This document shows, one piece after another, positions 12,803 through 26,043 of a stretch of 64,000 nucleotides of DNA. Under the pieces are notes generated by a model. The model did not search any database and was not told the origin of the DNA. It saw only the letters and a list, made by a program, of their open reading frames with translations. Made by a program: the position numbers and the translations under genes. This stretch comes from Phoronis australis (lineage: Eukaryota; Animalia; Phoronida), in contig NMRA01000312.1 of assembly GCA_002633005.1 (NCBI GenBank), positions 391,850 through 455,849 on the forward strand, in the 5' to 3' direction. Numbering within the stretch: position 1 is the first letter of the stretch; each line of letters begins with the position of its first letter.

Positions 12803-12874
12803 ATGAGCGGCACAGCACTGAAAAAGTGGTGGGCTATAGCCCCTCCCCCAACCCCCTATGGTGCGCCGCCCATG
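12803..12874. mobile_element. Very short MITE (catg-gcggc TIR)
   Basis: catgagcggcac ... gcgccgcccatg; a related right end (ctatagcc...gcgccgcccatg) lies at ~2760-2798. Confidence 0.5.
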
Positions 12875-14960
12875 TTAATTATAGTAGACGATTATTCATA
12901 CTTAATTAAAAACCTGAAAACGTGAACCTGTTCACTAGTGCTTGCGGTTAATACGTAGAAATTTAAGTGAAATATCTTCTTTGACGCCCGGCAGATATAT
13001 AACAGCGGAACGGTACAATTGATATAAATAAAACTAAGTTACTGATGGGTTTCCCTAAAGGCCGAGCTTAGCTGTACAAGTTTGATCAAGAACTGCGTAT
13101 TACACATGCGCAGTAGATACACTAGACGAGCCTACCATCAACAATTGGAGATCTTGTTGTCCTGCACTCATAGGCGGCATATTTTCAACGGCGGTATCCA
13201 TGCCAAACTTGGAGACGCAACAACTTCACAACTCAATCGAATGCTAGTTCCTGTTTTGCACCTCAATCTAAAAAAGCCCGACACGCAGTACGCGAAGCCT
13301 CGTCGTACGCTGCTCATCCAGTGAGCTCGATACTGTGTACACTACGAACACACGTTCGAGCACGAAAAGAAACGCTTCGCAGCTCGATAGAATTTAATGT
13401 AGTGCACAAGATGCCTCGCTTGATGTTTGGTCTTAAGAATGGCAAAAACATCTCAGTCCACGTGAACAGTTAACGTTCTTTCTGACCCATGGCAACTTAT
13501 ATAACGGCGCAGCATGATTACACCTACGGAAGCAGTGCTGTGTTTGGACGAGTGCCAATGCAAATTTTCAAGACTTGTCCGAATGTATAGGTAACTGGAC
13601 GAAGTAAACTGACAACTTGATAATACTCCTACAAACCCAGTCAGCAACTCTACGACAGATAAGCCCACACGTCTGCCAATTCCAGGAATCGCGCTGTTTA
13701 CCAACAGAATGTAAGAATCACTTCTGTGATGTACGCGGCCTACACGTATGTGTCGCTAAATAGCTGATTTCGTGATCATTAGGCCTAATTTGACAAATCC
13801 TGTCAGAAGAATATGTATAAGAGTCTAGCTGCTTTAAATGCCTGTAGGATATTATACACAACAGGACACAGTTATCTCTGCACAAAACCTCAGCGAGACT
13901 GCGTCCGCCTAATTCAGTCAACAACAGGAATACTTGAAAGTATATTCAGCATAGTATATTGACATTCGTGAACAATTTTTGTTCTTACCTGTATAGATCA
14001 TTTTTCTTTGCAGTTGAGAAAGAATTGTAAGACACCCAACGGAATTCGTTTCTGTACGGTAGTTTTGTTTAGAAATATCGAAAATATTATAGCAACTATA
14101 GATATAACCCGATTATGTCAGGACCATGGCTCAGCGTAACAGTCGGAATCATCATTAATGTTTACATTCACCTAGTAACGTAAATTATAGATTACGACAG
14201 GTTGTCATTAATCCCGCAGTGAATAGATGGCGGAAATGCGTCTGGCGTGTTATACATGCACCTATTATATTAACCACAAACCAACAAAAATACCAGAAGT
14301 GAACAACTCCTAACATATATTTACACGCTGCACGGTAAGCATTTATTTCATGAATTATTATTCATAATCTACAATTTATGCGGAGACACATATAAGAGTA
14401 TATCAACCTCTTCATGTGATTTACGTACTTTTAAATATGTAAATTACATGAGGAAATTGATATACCGATACAGGAGTTATTTATAAAAAATCGCAATCGA
14501 GGGTTCGTCAGCGGCGGAACGGGCGAAGACAATCGAGTGTAGCTCATGAGAAGATAGGGCGAACAGATGAAGCACACAGAGTAGTAATCTCTCCAGAATT
14601 TGCATTTAGGAACGAAATGGAACACTGAACTACCGTGCGAGACGAGTTAAACAAACATTTCTGGTCTTATGCCGAACTTGGTCGGCCTCGTGACTTGCTG
14701 GATAGCCCAGTGGGTTTACAATCTTCTCTCGACTTCCAAAAATGCATTCTTTGATTTGTTTTAAGCACAATTATTTTTGAAAAGCTTTACAGAATTTGAG
14801 TTGTGAACTCATTGGCTTCCTCGATAATTCTAAAATTCAAAACATTTCGAATAATCTCGTCCCAGTATGAATACATATACAAAACTCGTTTTCCCAAATA
14901 GCCAAATACGCTTTGGAAATAGTATCACTCCTTGATAGTATGACCTGATAGCTAAACTAC

Positions 14961-15035
14961 GAACTTGCATAAAGTATGTTTTTATACATCATGCATGAAC
15001 TTACATAAAGTATGTTTTTATACATCACGCATGAA
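14961..15035. repeat. 2 x 36 bp tandem duplication
   Basis: gaactt(g/a)cataaagtatgtttttatacatca(t/c)gcat occurs twice. Confidence 0.9.
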
Positions 15036-15234
15036 AATATTTGTGCCAGTTAAAGTGAGCTTGCAAGTTAGGCAGTACCCAAACGTCACGTGGTTCGACA
15101 AGAAGGTTGGCGGTCATTTGCGCCGCAATGAATCTTGACAAAACTAAAGATATGGGAAAAACAAATTCAGTCCGAGACAAGAAATCGAACAACTGTGGTA
15201 GTATTATCTGGGATGAAATTGTTTAATTATGTTT

Positions 15235-15566
15235 AGTGACGGATCTACGTTTTCAGTAAGGGGGGAGGGGTTTAGAATTCCCGCAAAGGTCGAATCCGAG
15301 GCGCGTGGCGCCGAGCGGGGGGAGGTCGAGAGGGGGGTTCCCTCCACCCGTGTAAGACAATTTTTTGTTTTTGTAGCCAAACAGTGAAATTTCCATGCAT
15401 CCTGGTAAGTTTCTGGCACTTAACATGTCTCTGGAGTTCAAATGTATCAGGAAGCAAATCATCNNNNNNNNNNNNNNNNNNNNNNNNNNNNNNNNNNNNN
15501 NNNNNNNNNNNNNNNNNNNNNNNNNNNNNNNNNTAAACCCACTGAACCCCCGGTAGATCCGCCACT
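15235..15566. mobile_element. MITE (PIF/Harbinger-like TIR) spanning an assembly gap
   Basis: TIR agtgacggatcta ... tagatccgccact with G-rich subterminal sequence; a related copy lies at ~51920-52096. Confidence 0.55.
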
Positions 15567-15679
15567 GATGTTCAACTGTGCGCATTTATGCATGCTTCAA
15601 TGTCGCTGATCATGTCCCTGTTTAAACTTGAGTCAATATATATCACACCAATGGCTGTTCCACGAGAATCACGGCGAGT

Positions 15680-16200
15680 CTTCAATGGCCGGGAATCGAC
15701 AATTGGTCAGACTATTAAACCCCTTGCCAGGACTTCAAAACCAGTCGGCTGGACTGGTAACCCAAATGCCTGGTGATCAAATGTGTTATCTGGGCTTCAA
15801 AACGAGATGGCCTCACCCAAAAAAACTAGCTGGCTGGACCCAAAACACGATGGCCAGTACTATGACCAGTTGGGCAGTGATCATGGCAAACACGACGTTC
15901 GGACTTCCTACAGACCTCGCTTTGAGAGCCTCGAAGCATTCGAGTGACATCTAGTGTTTGTGTATTTTGTTCATTATTGGCAATTTGTTCGGTCATTGTG
16001 TTTGAGCACCGGCCAACCTGTTTTAGGTCCAGTCAACCAGTTTTTTTAGGTGCTGCCATCTGATTTTGAGGTACCGAACATCGCGTTTTGAGATTCGACC
16101 ACCAAGTTATAACACTGGTTTTGCAGTCCAGCCGACTGGTTCTAAAGTCTGGGCAAGTGGTTTTGAAGTCCGACGAATTGTTGATCCCTCGGCCCCCTTG
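15680..16200. mobile_element. Degenerate foldback element (two ~180 bp inverted arms)
   Basis: aaaaccagtcggctggactg...aaaaaaactagctggctggacccaaaac (15737-15846) is the inverted match of gttttaggtccagtcaaccagttttttt...cagtccagccgactggttct (16020-16143). Confidence 0.65.
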
Positions 16201-19200
16201 GTCTTTGTTAGTTCAGACAATGAACTGCCCATCTGTTAATCATGTCAGACAGGCCATATTTTTAACAAGAAAATGGACTGTCTGTAGTTAACTACCAGAT
16301 AGATCATGGACATGACTTTTTCAGTAACAAGTCTTTCGATTAAGTACAGAAAAACGGTGGGTTTAACTAATAGGATCTCGTAATTTAGTCGAGCAACGAT
16401 TTCAAACTGGTTCTCAAAACACAATTGTACAGGCACGTTATACCAGCCTATTGTCCAATTTCGTTCATGTTCTTTCGTGGTTTCGGCATGCCTGTTCTGG
16501 GTTTTTGCCCATTTCTTTGCAACCGATATACCGATTTTCTTATATGTTGATCAGTCAGCAAAGCCTTGAAGAAAAATTACGTTCCAGAATGTTTTAGTTT
16601 TTTATCGATTGTTAAAATTAGGAGAATTGCCGCCACTTCCGTTTTTACTAAAAACGCAAACGAAGGCAACATTCTGGCCACCTAAATAGTGAGCAGTGGC
16701 GAAATTTATTTACAGCACCGGCTAAGCAGATTTTTATATCTCCCAAAGGACAAATTGGTACTAACTATCAAACGAAACAAATGTACCTGACTAAGAAAAT
16801 CTGAGAATGAAATTGGACGTTCTACATCGTAGCTTCTTACACCGTCCATAATCACAAACAGCCACTGATTTCCGTAGATAACTTTCTCGCCGTAAACAAC
16901 TTCTGTGACGTCACCGTTACAACTTACTGACGACAGCGAGACCAATGAGAGTCAACGTAGGCGTTTTGAGTGTCACAATGAATGTTAAGGAAACGTTTGC
17001 TTGCAAATTCTACGCTCTTACTAATCCTTGTTTCACGACCATGTCTTACGGAAATGACATTAAAATCAAAATGGCGCTTCACAAAGCGTAATAACGTCTT
17101 AATACAATTGACGACGTGAGTTGGCACCAGTTCCATGCCCCTGCAAGAAAACATCAACTGGTAGGATGTATGCATTATTTTGAAGAAATATTGTTGGTGT
17201 TCGACGTGTGCAGGCAAAGTGCCAGAAATACTGCGATATTCACGGGTGAAAATCAGATAAGCGCAAACATGACCGGGGAGGGTACATGCATAGTTGGCAC
17301 GTACGGGTTGTGATGACCAGATAAATGGCTTTCACTGCCTTATTTCTTATAATAAATATTTTTGAGAAAAATGGTAATCCCGCCTCCCCCATTTCTTCAC
17401 AGAGTCCAGGGGATGGTCTGTTCATGCGACTGCTAGCAAAAACTTGCAAACCAATTACAAAGTAGCACGCGAACACTCTGAATGAGAAACTTATTGACTA
17501 ATTCGTCCATTTTACAACGGAACTGTATATGGGCGGATTTCATTCTTGGTTTAATTTTTGTGTAAAGAGACTGGAATCCACCAATTAAATTATTTGATTC
17601 GGCATTTCGAAAAGTTTAAAACCCTAACAATATTTTATTATGGTAGGAGAGGGTGATCGAAGCTCTCGACAAACAGTGCATACTTTTAGTCGCGCTACCT
17701 CTCTGCACGATTTCTATTTTGCCGACTTTCCAAAGGATGAGTATCATTATTGGCGGCCAGCACACCCTTGTCAAAATAAGATAGAATATCCCCCGCCCCC
17801 CGGCAAACATGACCACTCGCAAAATGACGATAAACAAGGACATAAATTGTAGCTTAGAAGTCGAGTGAAGAGTCTTAAAGCTGAGTTATTACCATAAACC
17901 AGACGCGCATGCGCGCAACCCCTCTTGGGTGCGCACATGATACGTATAGAAGGAAGGAGGGTTTTGTACCAGAGAAAAGATAAGGTGAAGTGTGAACAGC
18001 AGTCTGATACTTTGAAATCAAACGGTCGTTTATATAATCTGGATTTCATGTGAAAAATTTGAATCCCGCAGTAAATGAATCCAAATTGAAAATGCGGCCA
18101 CTTTTACAACACGACTGATCATGTGTGCCCGACGCACTGACACAGATGGAAGACATAAGACGTGGAAGTGCCTGTCTTCACAATCCGCTCGAATACGGAA
18201 GTGACAGCGATCGTGTCCGCTCACAAGCGGAATAAAATGGATCAATTGACTTTTGGACGTGTTAATTACACGTATTATTGGTCACCACAAGCGTTTCATG
18301 TCTTTTTTTGTTCCTGACATTAACTAATTGCATTAATTACTGTCAGACGACAACTATCAGGAAAACCATTAAACCCCGAAAAAAGTTTGGTGGCGCTCGC
18401 CAGATTAAACTAAAGGTATCAGGCAATCATACGTGCAAGCGTCAGAACAACCACTAAATCACTCCTGGAACCAAATTCATTGATAATCAATACACCGATA
18501 GATATTTTGGTTTCGTGGGAAAGAGTTTGCAGTTAGTACGCTAAGTTGTGTTCGTGCGCATGACGTTAGGGTTCGTGCGTTTGATTTACAGCTTGGTGCG
18601 GATTATCCGCAATGATTCTTGCAAAGTACACCCCCTCTAGACAACTCGGTTAAGCATTTCAGCTTTGTAATTTTTTAAAATCCTTATGACCAGTAAACCC
18701 TCACACCATACTATGGACAACTTACATGATATAAGATTCACAAATTATACTAAGAAAGTATTGCAAATAATTGACAATGTTTTTGTTTACGAACACCTCA
18801 GACAGAGGGTTCTTTTTTGTTAAATAAGCTCAAACGAATGTGCCATTACTTGACGGGTCTGTTTCATAAAAATTGTTTATCAGTAAAAGATGAACATTTG
18901 GTCTTACGCTTCACACAAAGTAAAGTAATAAAATATCACTTCAACAAAAATTCAAAATCTCTACGACGATACACACAGCTGGTAGCTACTGGTATAATTT
19001 CGATTGTTTATTTCTTGATTGTGGCGTGCTCATACTTACTTTGTTAAAGCTTTATTCAGCAGACGTGAAGTGGGAGACTTAGACTAAATTTCTATCTGAA
19101 GTCTTTAATCACTGTTCATGAAGCAGACCTCAGAACTGCTTGGTCCGTCCTTTCTTTCTACTAAAGCTGTGAATTTCGGTTAGGAAGTAAACCTTACGCT

Positions 19201-22089
19201 TGAAACTCTTCTCTCGAGAGGCAAAATTATGTGTAATCAAGTGTCACTTATTTACGGCGGTTACTTTGTAGCGCACAACACGAAATTAAACAAAAAATAA
19301 ACTTGCGAATTCTAATTCATTACATACTAAAAGTTTTATGTGAAAAACGTTGATGCGTTCAACGATGATCACTTTGGAGTATTGCTTTTCGTTTTAAGAT
19401 GATTTTAACTACCGGTACCGCGAAATGAAGCAGGAAGGGTATGTTTGAAGCGTCGATCACGGGTTAGCGCTGACATCAAAAACGTGTGTTTTGTCCTCCT
19501 GTGTAATGCAAAACACTCTTTGTTGTACGGTACAAAGGTAGCAAAGGTCAACAGTCAACCTTGTTACTATGACGTACGTGTTTGTCTGGTCAGTTTAGTG
19601 AGGAGTGCGTTCCGTAGACGAAAAGTTAGTGTGATCACATGCTTCGCTTCAAAGGCATGGTAATGTCCCGCGAGATCTTGTCTACTGTTGCGTTTTGTGA
19701 ATTCCTTGCGTGTACAAAACGCACCCCGAGATTGTACTAACATGAAAACGACCGGGGATTTATTCAAATTAAAACAAGATGGGCGGAGGCTGGATTTTGT
19801 GATGATGTTACTGTCGACACGCATCACAGGAGCGTTCAATAAAACTCAGGCCACTGGTGGTCTGAGCTTAAAGATGGTAAAGATGATTTGAAATCTTACT
19901 GGAGACTTTAAAAGCAACTCATTTATGGAATACACATTCAAATGGAAGCATAGTCAGTCGTTACCTAAAGGCAGGGTCGAACTAGGACCAATATATTACT
20001 CCCAGGGTCGAACAACGCTAGATCAATTGCTTTTTACGAGTAGCACTGTAGTTAGAAGTATCAACCTGACTTTTAAAACTTGTTTACTTCACGTTTTAAG
20101 CGAAGTGAGTAACAGTTAACAATTACAAACAAACTCTTTGATACTTAGAAAGAATTAACCGTTCAGACGACGACTCGTCCGGTTATCGGTAACTGATCAT
20201 CTTATCTTGAGATGCCACGAATGTGAAACGGCCGTTAGGGTGGAACCCGTATTTATTCAATATAAATTAAGAATTTAACATCGATTTACCTCATTAATTC
20301 GTTTCTTCTGACATAAGTTCTAATTCAGTCGCGTGTTCTGTCATCTAGCACTTGAGCAATACACACTGCTGCTTAATCGATTTGATATACAGCGCGTCGT
20401 CATGACATTCCTATACGTTTATGACACTTTCATAGCTTGGTTTATTACTAATTGTTATCTGAGAGACGCCATTCACTCAAATTGAATTTAGGCAAGTGTT
20501 TTCTCAGTAAACATCAAAGCCGTAACTTTTGTGTCGAACTGCTTTTGTAAATATCATTGACAATAGAAGGGACGACGTGTCAAAAGCAATTCACGTTATT
20601 CACAGGTCCTGCATCAACAGATGCATGTAGTCAAACGGATGACCATAACATGTCGTGAATTTTAAAAACTTTGCTTCCGATAAATATGATGGAGGTTTGC
20701 TGACGCACATTCAAAGTCTAAACCAACGCCAGCCCTGAGCGTCCGGTAAGATGGGTACCCCGGCGAGACAATGGCGAAATGGGGCAGTGGTCCAAAAACG
20801 ACCCCAACCTCGCGGCACCTTGCGTCTTCGTAGTTCAGTGAGCTTTTCAACCATGTCTCACGATTTTTAGATGTGTCTAAGAATTATGTTTGAATATGTG
20901 CAGAGCGCGTCTTTAAATATTAAAGCATTATATTTTACTCAAGTTTTAAGTATTCAGTGATGATAAACACGTGATATAATAATGTGTTATGATAATTTTA
21001 ACACACACGCACATACGCACACACACACACAAAAGCGAAACACACAAAATTTCACGCTGTAATATTTTCAAAAGTTCACTTGAGGGATAGATGAGAAATT
21101 TCTCAAACAAATGAGCAAACTAATTTCTTCCTATTCTTTTAATTTACCAGAAAAAAATATCATACGAGTAGAAGTTAATCTCAAGTATCGTCTCTGGTTG
21201 GTAAACGAAAAGTATTTGGTGTCCGGTGACAAATTGGTTGTAACCGGAAAAAGAGCCAGTATTGTCTTGACAGACATCCCTAACCATACGGTGGAAGAGA
21301 ACATCCTGGCACTTGTTATATGTAATTTCTATGACATGATCAAGCTCAGCGTGACATAAGCCTTTACTGGAGATAAAACTAATGTTACAAATGCCACTTC
21401 ATTCTGCTATTTTCCTCTGTGTAAATGTCATCGTAGTTCCACTGTCGACAGAGAACTATAATAGGCTATGACCAATGGGGCGAGTAAAATACTCTCTAGA
21501 GCTTCAGCGCTAAATGCAGGTTCTGTTGGTTCGATTCCACTGTCGGGACAGTTAAGTTATGCACACTTGAATTAGGCTAAGCCAACGTCTCAGGGTGATA
21601 GCATCCTTATCACTGGTGGCGGAACCCTCACCGTGAGAGGGGAGCCCGTATACACTTTCAACTAAGCTCTTATCACGGACAAAGAATCCTAGTACGTACA
21701 ATTTTCGTGTAAAAACCTCATGGTGCATGGTAAATATGGATCTCGTGATAAGAGTACTTGTGGTGTGTGATAAGTATTCTGTGGAGAGTGATAAGTGTTC
21801 CACCATGGTAAATGTGATGCAGCCCACGATAAGGATTCAGATACCAATCACGATTATTATCTTCACTTATAGAAAAATAAACATTTTTCTTGCAATTGCT
21901 AATCACGGTGCTGTTGAATATTCCCGTCTACCCATCCTGCAGATCGGCAACTAGAATTTGACTCACCTGTACGTACCGCCTGTGAGCATTCACTATAAAG
22001 CCAGCGTCGGCAATGAACTATGAGCACGCCACTGTTAACGTGTACACAAAGCAACTGTGGATGTGGGCTGATAGAAACGACGGAATTAA

Positions 22090-22410
22090 AGAGACATTAT
22101 CGGCAAGAAAAGTGATTTTCTTCTGAGATCAGCCACAGCGCTGAAAAGCACCTGCAACTTACAGTTTAACACTCCGCTGGCGGACTGAGCTAAATCCCTT
22201 TCAGTAAATGTCTGAGCTTAACTAGTAAAGTTACGGGTCTCGATTTCAGCGAATGCCTCGCAGACAACGACGAGAATTGGCAATTTGCAATAAAATCACA
22301 AAAACACAACGGATGTTGCTGTTTTAGAGCTTTGGTAGAAGCTAGTAAATCCACCCAGCAATAATACCCTATTTAAGTGCCGTTTTGACCGTAAAACTGA
22401 TAATGTCTCT
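22090..22410. mobile_element. Kolobok-like non-autonomous DNA transposon (TTAA TSD)
   Basis: ttaa|agagacattatc ... gataatgtctct|ttaa: perfect 12 bp TIR with AG..CT termini and flanking TTAA. Confidence 0.75.
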
Positions 22411-22900
22411 TTAAGCAGACAATGTCAAATTAACCTTAGGAAATTGACTAATCTGCTTCTTACATACGCAGACATGCGAGCACGTTTAACTCACAAGGCA
22501 GTACAGAGTGCATTCATCGAAGATATCGACGTGGAAAAACAGCGAGATTGGATAGCATTTGTTTTACAAACAATGTGCATAGAATCAGAGGGAGTGTGTA
22601 CCGAACAACTTCCATTAATTACCAGTATTTGTATTGTAGTGATATGACAGACAGTTACTGTAAACGATAAAGATATCGACGTTGTCAATCTATTCCATTA
22701 ACTGTTCATGGATTAAATCAGCAACGTCAATATGTCACTTTATGAGTCCGTGCACAAAACAACTAAATCCTCAATTAGATTTCAAAAATATATCAATTGG
22801 AAATCAGATTCATGAAGCATTCCAATGCATGACTTGTGTTTTTAGTAGTTTCTTTCATTGGCGGCTATATAGTGTGCGGGGGCTCGGCATCTTCTCCACC

Positions 22901-23075
22901 AACACGAACATTTACACATGGGCTGTAGCCCCCAGCCTACACGAACATATACACATGGGCTGTAGCCCCCCGCCGACACGAACATATACACATGGGGTGT
23001 AGTCCCCCGCTGACTCGAACATATACACATGGGCTGTAGCCCCCGCCGACTCGAACATATACACATGGGCTGTAG
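22901..23075. repeat. ~36-37 bp minisatellite running into an N gap
   Basis: Unit gaacatatacacatgggctgtagccccc(gccgac..) occurs about 5 times before the gap at 23076-23305. Confidence 0.9.
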
Positions 23076-23679
23076 NNNNNNNNNNNNNNNNNNNNNNNNN
23101 NNNNNNNNNNNNNNNNNNNNNNNNNNNNNNNNNNNNNNNNNNNNNNNNNNNNNNNNNNNNNNNNNNNNNNNNNNNNNNNNNNNNNNNNNNNNNNNNNNNN
23201 NNNNNNNNNNNNNNNNNNNNNNNNNNNNNNNNNNNNNNNNNNNNNNNNNNNNNNNNNNNNNNNNNNNNNNNNNNNNNNNNNNNNNNNNNNNNNNNNNNNN
23301 NNNNNGTGTGTGAGTGTGTGTGTACTTTCTCAGTGCTGAAAAGGAAATCTAGTGACAACTTGGCAATCCTTTAATTCTTGTCAGTGAGGGTGTCTGCCAA
23401 TGTCCGTGTACACCACGCAACATTGCCCAACTCTTGCCACGTGGAGGCCCCCTCATCAAGAGTCAAAATTATTTTTTGTACTCTTCCTGCTCTGTTGATC
23501 ACATTTAATTTGTTTCAACAATACAAACAATTCTTTGTTTTTAGTCCAAGTTTTGAAATATTTACGTGACATTTCAATGTCTAAAGAACCTAGTTAATCG
23601 TTTTAGAGATTTCCGTTCTTATTAGATGAATGATTAAAACTAGTTCACAATTTTAAAAAACAAACGATTCTTTATAATC

Positions 23680-23728
23680 AACCATCATCACCATCATCGT
23701 ATAACCATCATTATTATCTCCGTCATCG

Positions 23729-23762
<34 letters not shown>

Positions 23763-23999
23763 GTTATCATCGTCATCACCATCACCGTCATCCTTATTAC
23801 CATTCTCATAATCATCATCATCAGTATCATCATCGTTTATGTCATCATCACCGTCAGCATCACCATTATCACCTATTCGTTTCTGTTCACAGTTAACGGA
23901 TTATCAGGACTCGTTTACACTTTGTAAAAATCAAAAAATTCCTTGGTATCCATCATCATCCAAGTCATCATCCTAGTTATCATCCTAATCATCACCATT

Positions 24000-24040
<41 letters not shown>

Positions 24041-24200
24041 TACCATCGACGTCATCATCGTTATCACTATCATCACCACCACCATCATCACCAACTTCAT
24101 CATCACCGTCATTATCGTCGTTCACTCCTCCGTCGCTATCACCTTCATCACGATTCTAATCAACATAATCGTCGTTGTCGTCATTATCATAGTAGTGACC
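23680..24200. repeat. Degenerate (CAT)n low-complexity arrays
   Basis: Long catcatcat runs at 23680-23875 and 23950-24200. Confidence 0.95.
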
Positions 24201-24401
24201 AACTTCTTTATCACACCGTAGTCTCATAAAGCTTCTATAGCTATTGTTAGTCAATGACTGTCCAATTTACAATTGCTCGCATTGACTGGTGACCTGACAG
24301 GCCTCTGCTGCAAGGTATTCAGAAGAGGAAATTTCACAAATATTGCGTGAGTGAAACTTATCCGTTACTTAATGGCGAAATTTTATTTATATCCAATTTA
24401 A

Positions 24402-26043
24402 AGGGTGATGCCACCCAAAAAACAACCTAGTTTGTATCAAATTAGATCAAGTAGTTCCACTCGATGACAGCAAGTACAGCTCTTTTACCTTAAAGAGGTG
24501 TTGAAATTAACCAATGACGTCAGAGGTTCGAGTGCTGTCTGTTCAGCAGTTCACAAAACGCTTACTGGTGTTAGCTTATCGCATGAATGCATCGTTTTAC
24601 ACCAATATAAAACCCTTACAAATACATCGAGTTATTTTAGTTCGCTGTTACGGATTTTTAGTTATTTGAACGTACCGTAGCCTACAAAAATCGGTTGGCC
24701 AATTTACCGAAGTCGGTCGCGGGAGTTTGGAGTCTGTTCGGTAATAAATTCAAATTTTTATTCCGTGAAATACAAACAGGAGAGCATAGCTGTGTGTTGT
24801 AATTTCAGACTTGCGATTTTTTCAGTTCTAAACACACATAACGCTTGTTATTTCGGCCAGTGGCTCGGAACCCGATCATGCCTATCGCGGCCGGACTGAA
24901 GACATCACAAAAATGTACCAGCCAACGTTGAAAACTAAACTTCCAGTCACGAAAAACTGTACTAGTGAGCCTAAGAAAATGTGTGCACGTGTCTTATTTT
25001 GGTGAATTAGCCGCGAAATTGCAAATCTACTTACTAGTTCGTCGGGTGCCGCGAAGTCAGGTTATCCTTCCACAGTACCGTCAGGGTAAAAGTTGTACAG
25101 TAACAATGATTAGAATAATGCATATGAATATCTAAATAAAGATTCCCCTAACATCTGACCATAGGTTATGAAATGTAGTTATTGTTTCACAACAACTTTC
25201 TGTCAGCAAACACTGTCGGTAACGCAGTGGTTTATTCATTGCTGGCTTCTCAAAATATTTGCACTCACGAACACTCCAAGGCATTACAAATTGTATCTAA
25301 TGAGACAGACTTTGTTTCAGTTTTATATAAGCATTGGTTAGGGTGAGAATAATTCATTTTGAAACAGAGGCAGCTCGCAATCCCGCCCAGTGCTCATCCG
25401 ACGAAGACTTCGCAGGTGGATCGTTAGGTTTCACAGGATATCAGTTCAAACTGGAATACACTGATCAAAAAATAACAGAGAGTCTCCGTAAACGTGAAAC
25501 GCCTTCTTGGAGAAGCGCAGATGTGCCTCACGGACCATCCTGATTTTGTACCGCATCTAAACAGAGGTGTGCTTTAGACGTTTTTTTAGGGCTGAGAAAA
25601 AGAACCGACGAAAACATCCTACACCCAGAGGACCAAACAGAAGCCTCACGAACGAGTCAGTCATCAAACAGGTTATATAAAACGTTATGTTCTCACGCCT
25701 TGAATTAATTTTCATGGCCTCATACTTGGTATTAACGGCGTACTTTTCAATCTTCACTACCGCGAGCCACTTCTGAAGCACTATCTGTTCTCGAGGAAAT
25801 CGAAAAAATAATATACCCGCTTTCCTCGCAGCTTCATAGTTCGTACAAGCGGGAACGATACACCACACCATAGCGGCACTCACTCTGCAGAAGAACCACT
25901 GACGTCGCTGGGTCGTGTCTCACCTTCCTCACAGGTTAACGCGACAACTCTCGGCGAGATAAGATCTACCGTATACGAGATTAGGTGGATATAGACCAAT
26001 TAAGACGGTAAAAAAGACTACTTAAATCGGGTGGTATTCTCCT
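24402..26043 (-). mobile_element. Kolobok-like DNA transposon derivative with a THAP-domain remnant
   Basis: ttaa|agggtgatgccaccc ... gggtggtattctcct|ttaa (11/15 TIR match, TTAA TSD). Internal minus-strand MVWCIVPACTN...FFRFPREQIVLQKWLAVVK is the N-terminal half of a THAP zinc finger. Confidence 0.7.
25720..25871 (-). pseudogene. THAP domain fragment (truncated before the CxxHF motif)
   Basis: MVWCIVPACTNYEAARKAGILFFRFPREQIVLQKWLAVVK matches the THAP consensus C-x4-C...F-x-F-P...W. Confidence 0.7.

Larger units (their letters stand above)
11750..14700 (-). pseudogene. Possible highly decayed hAT-like transposase remnants
   Basis: Scattered frameshifted fragments (LQAFKAARL..SSDRICQIRP at ~13790-13850; TWSTVASLL at ~12160-12190) resemble the C-terminal region of invertebrate hAT-type transposases as recalled. 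Confidence 0.25.

Noticed and set aside
13989-14001. ATGATCTATACAG|gtaag as first exon of the coiled-coil gene
   Set aside because: It ends in phase 1 but the 11613 acceptor needs phase 0; it may be a UTR exon or need an unseen intermediate exon.
16700-17480. Run of short minus-strand ORFs resembling a decayed gene
   Set aside because: No convincing motif or consistent splice structure.
22901-23075. Regularly spaced ~36 bp repeats resembling a CRISPR array
   Set aside because: Units are directly tandem with no unique spacers, there are no cas genes, and the context is eukaryotic: a minisatellite.
23915-24221. Poly-Met / poly-Ile ORFs
   Set aside because: Translation artefacts of the (CAT)n microsatellite.
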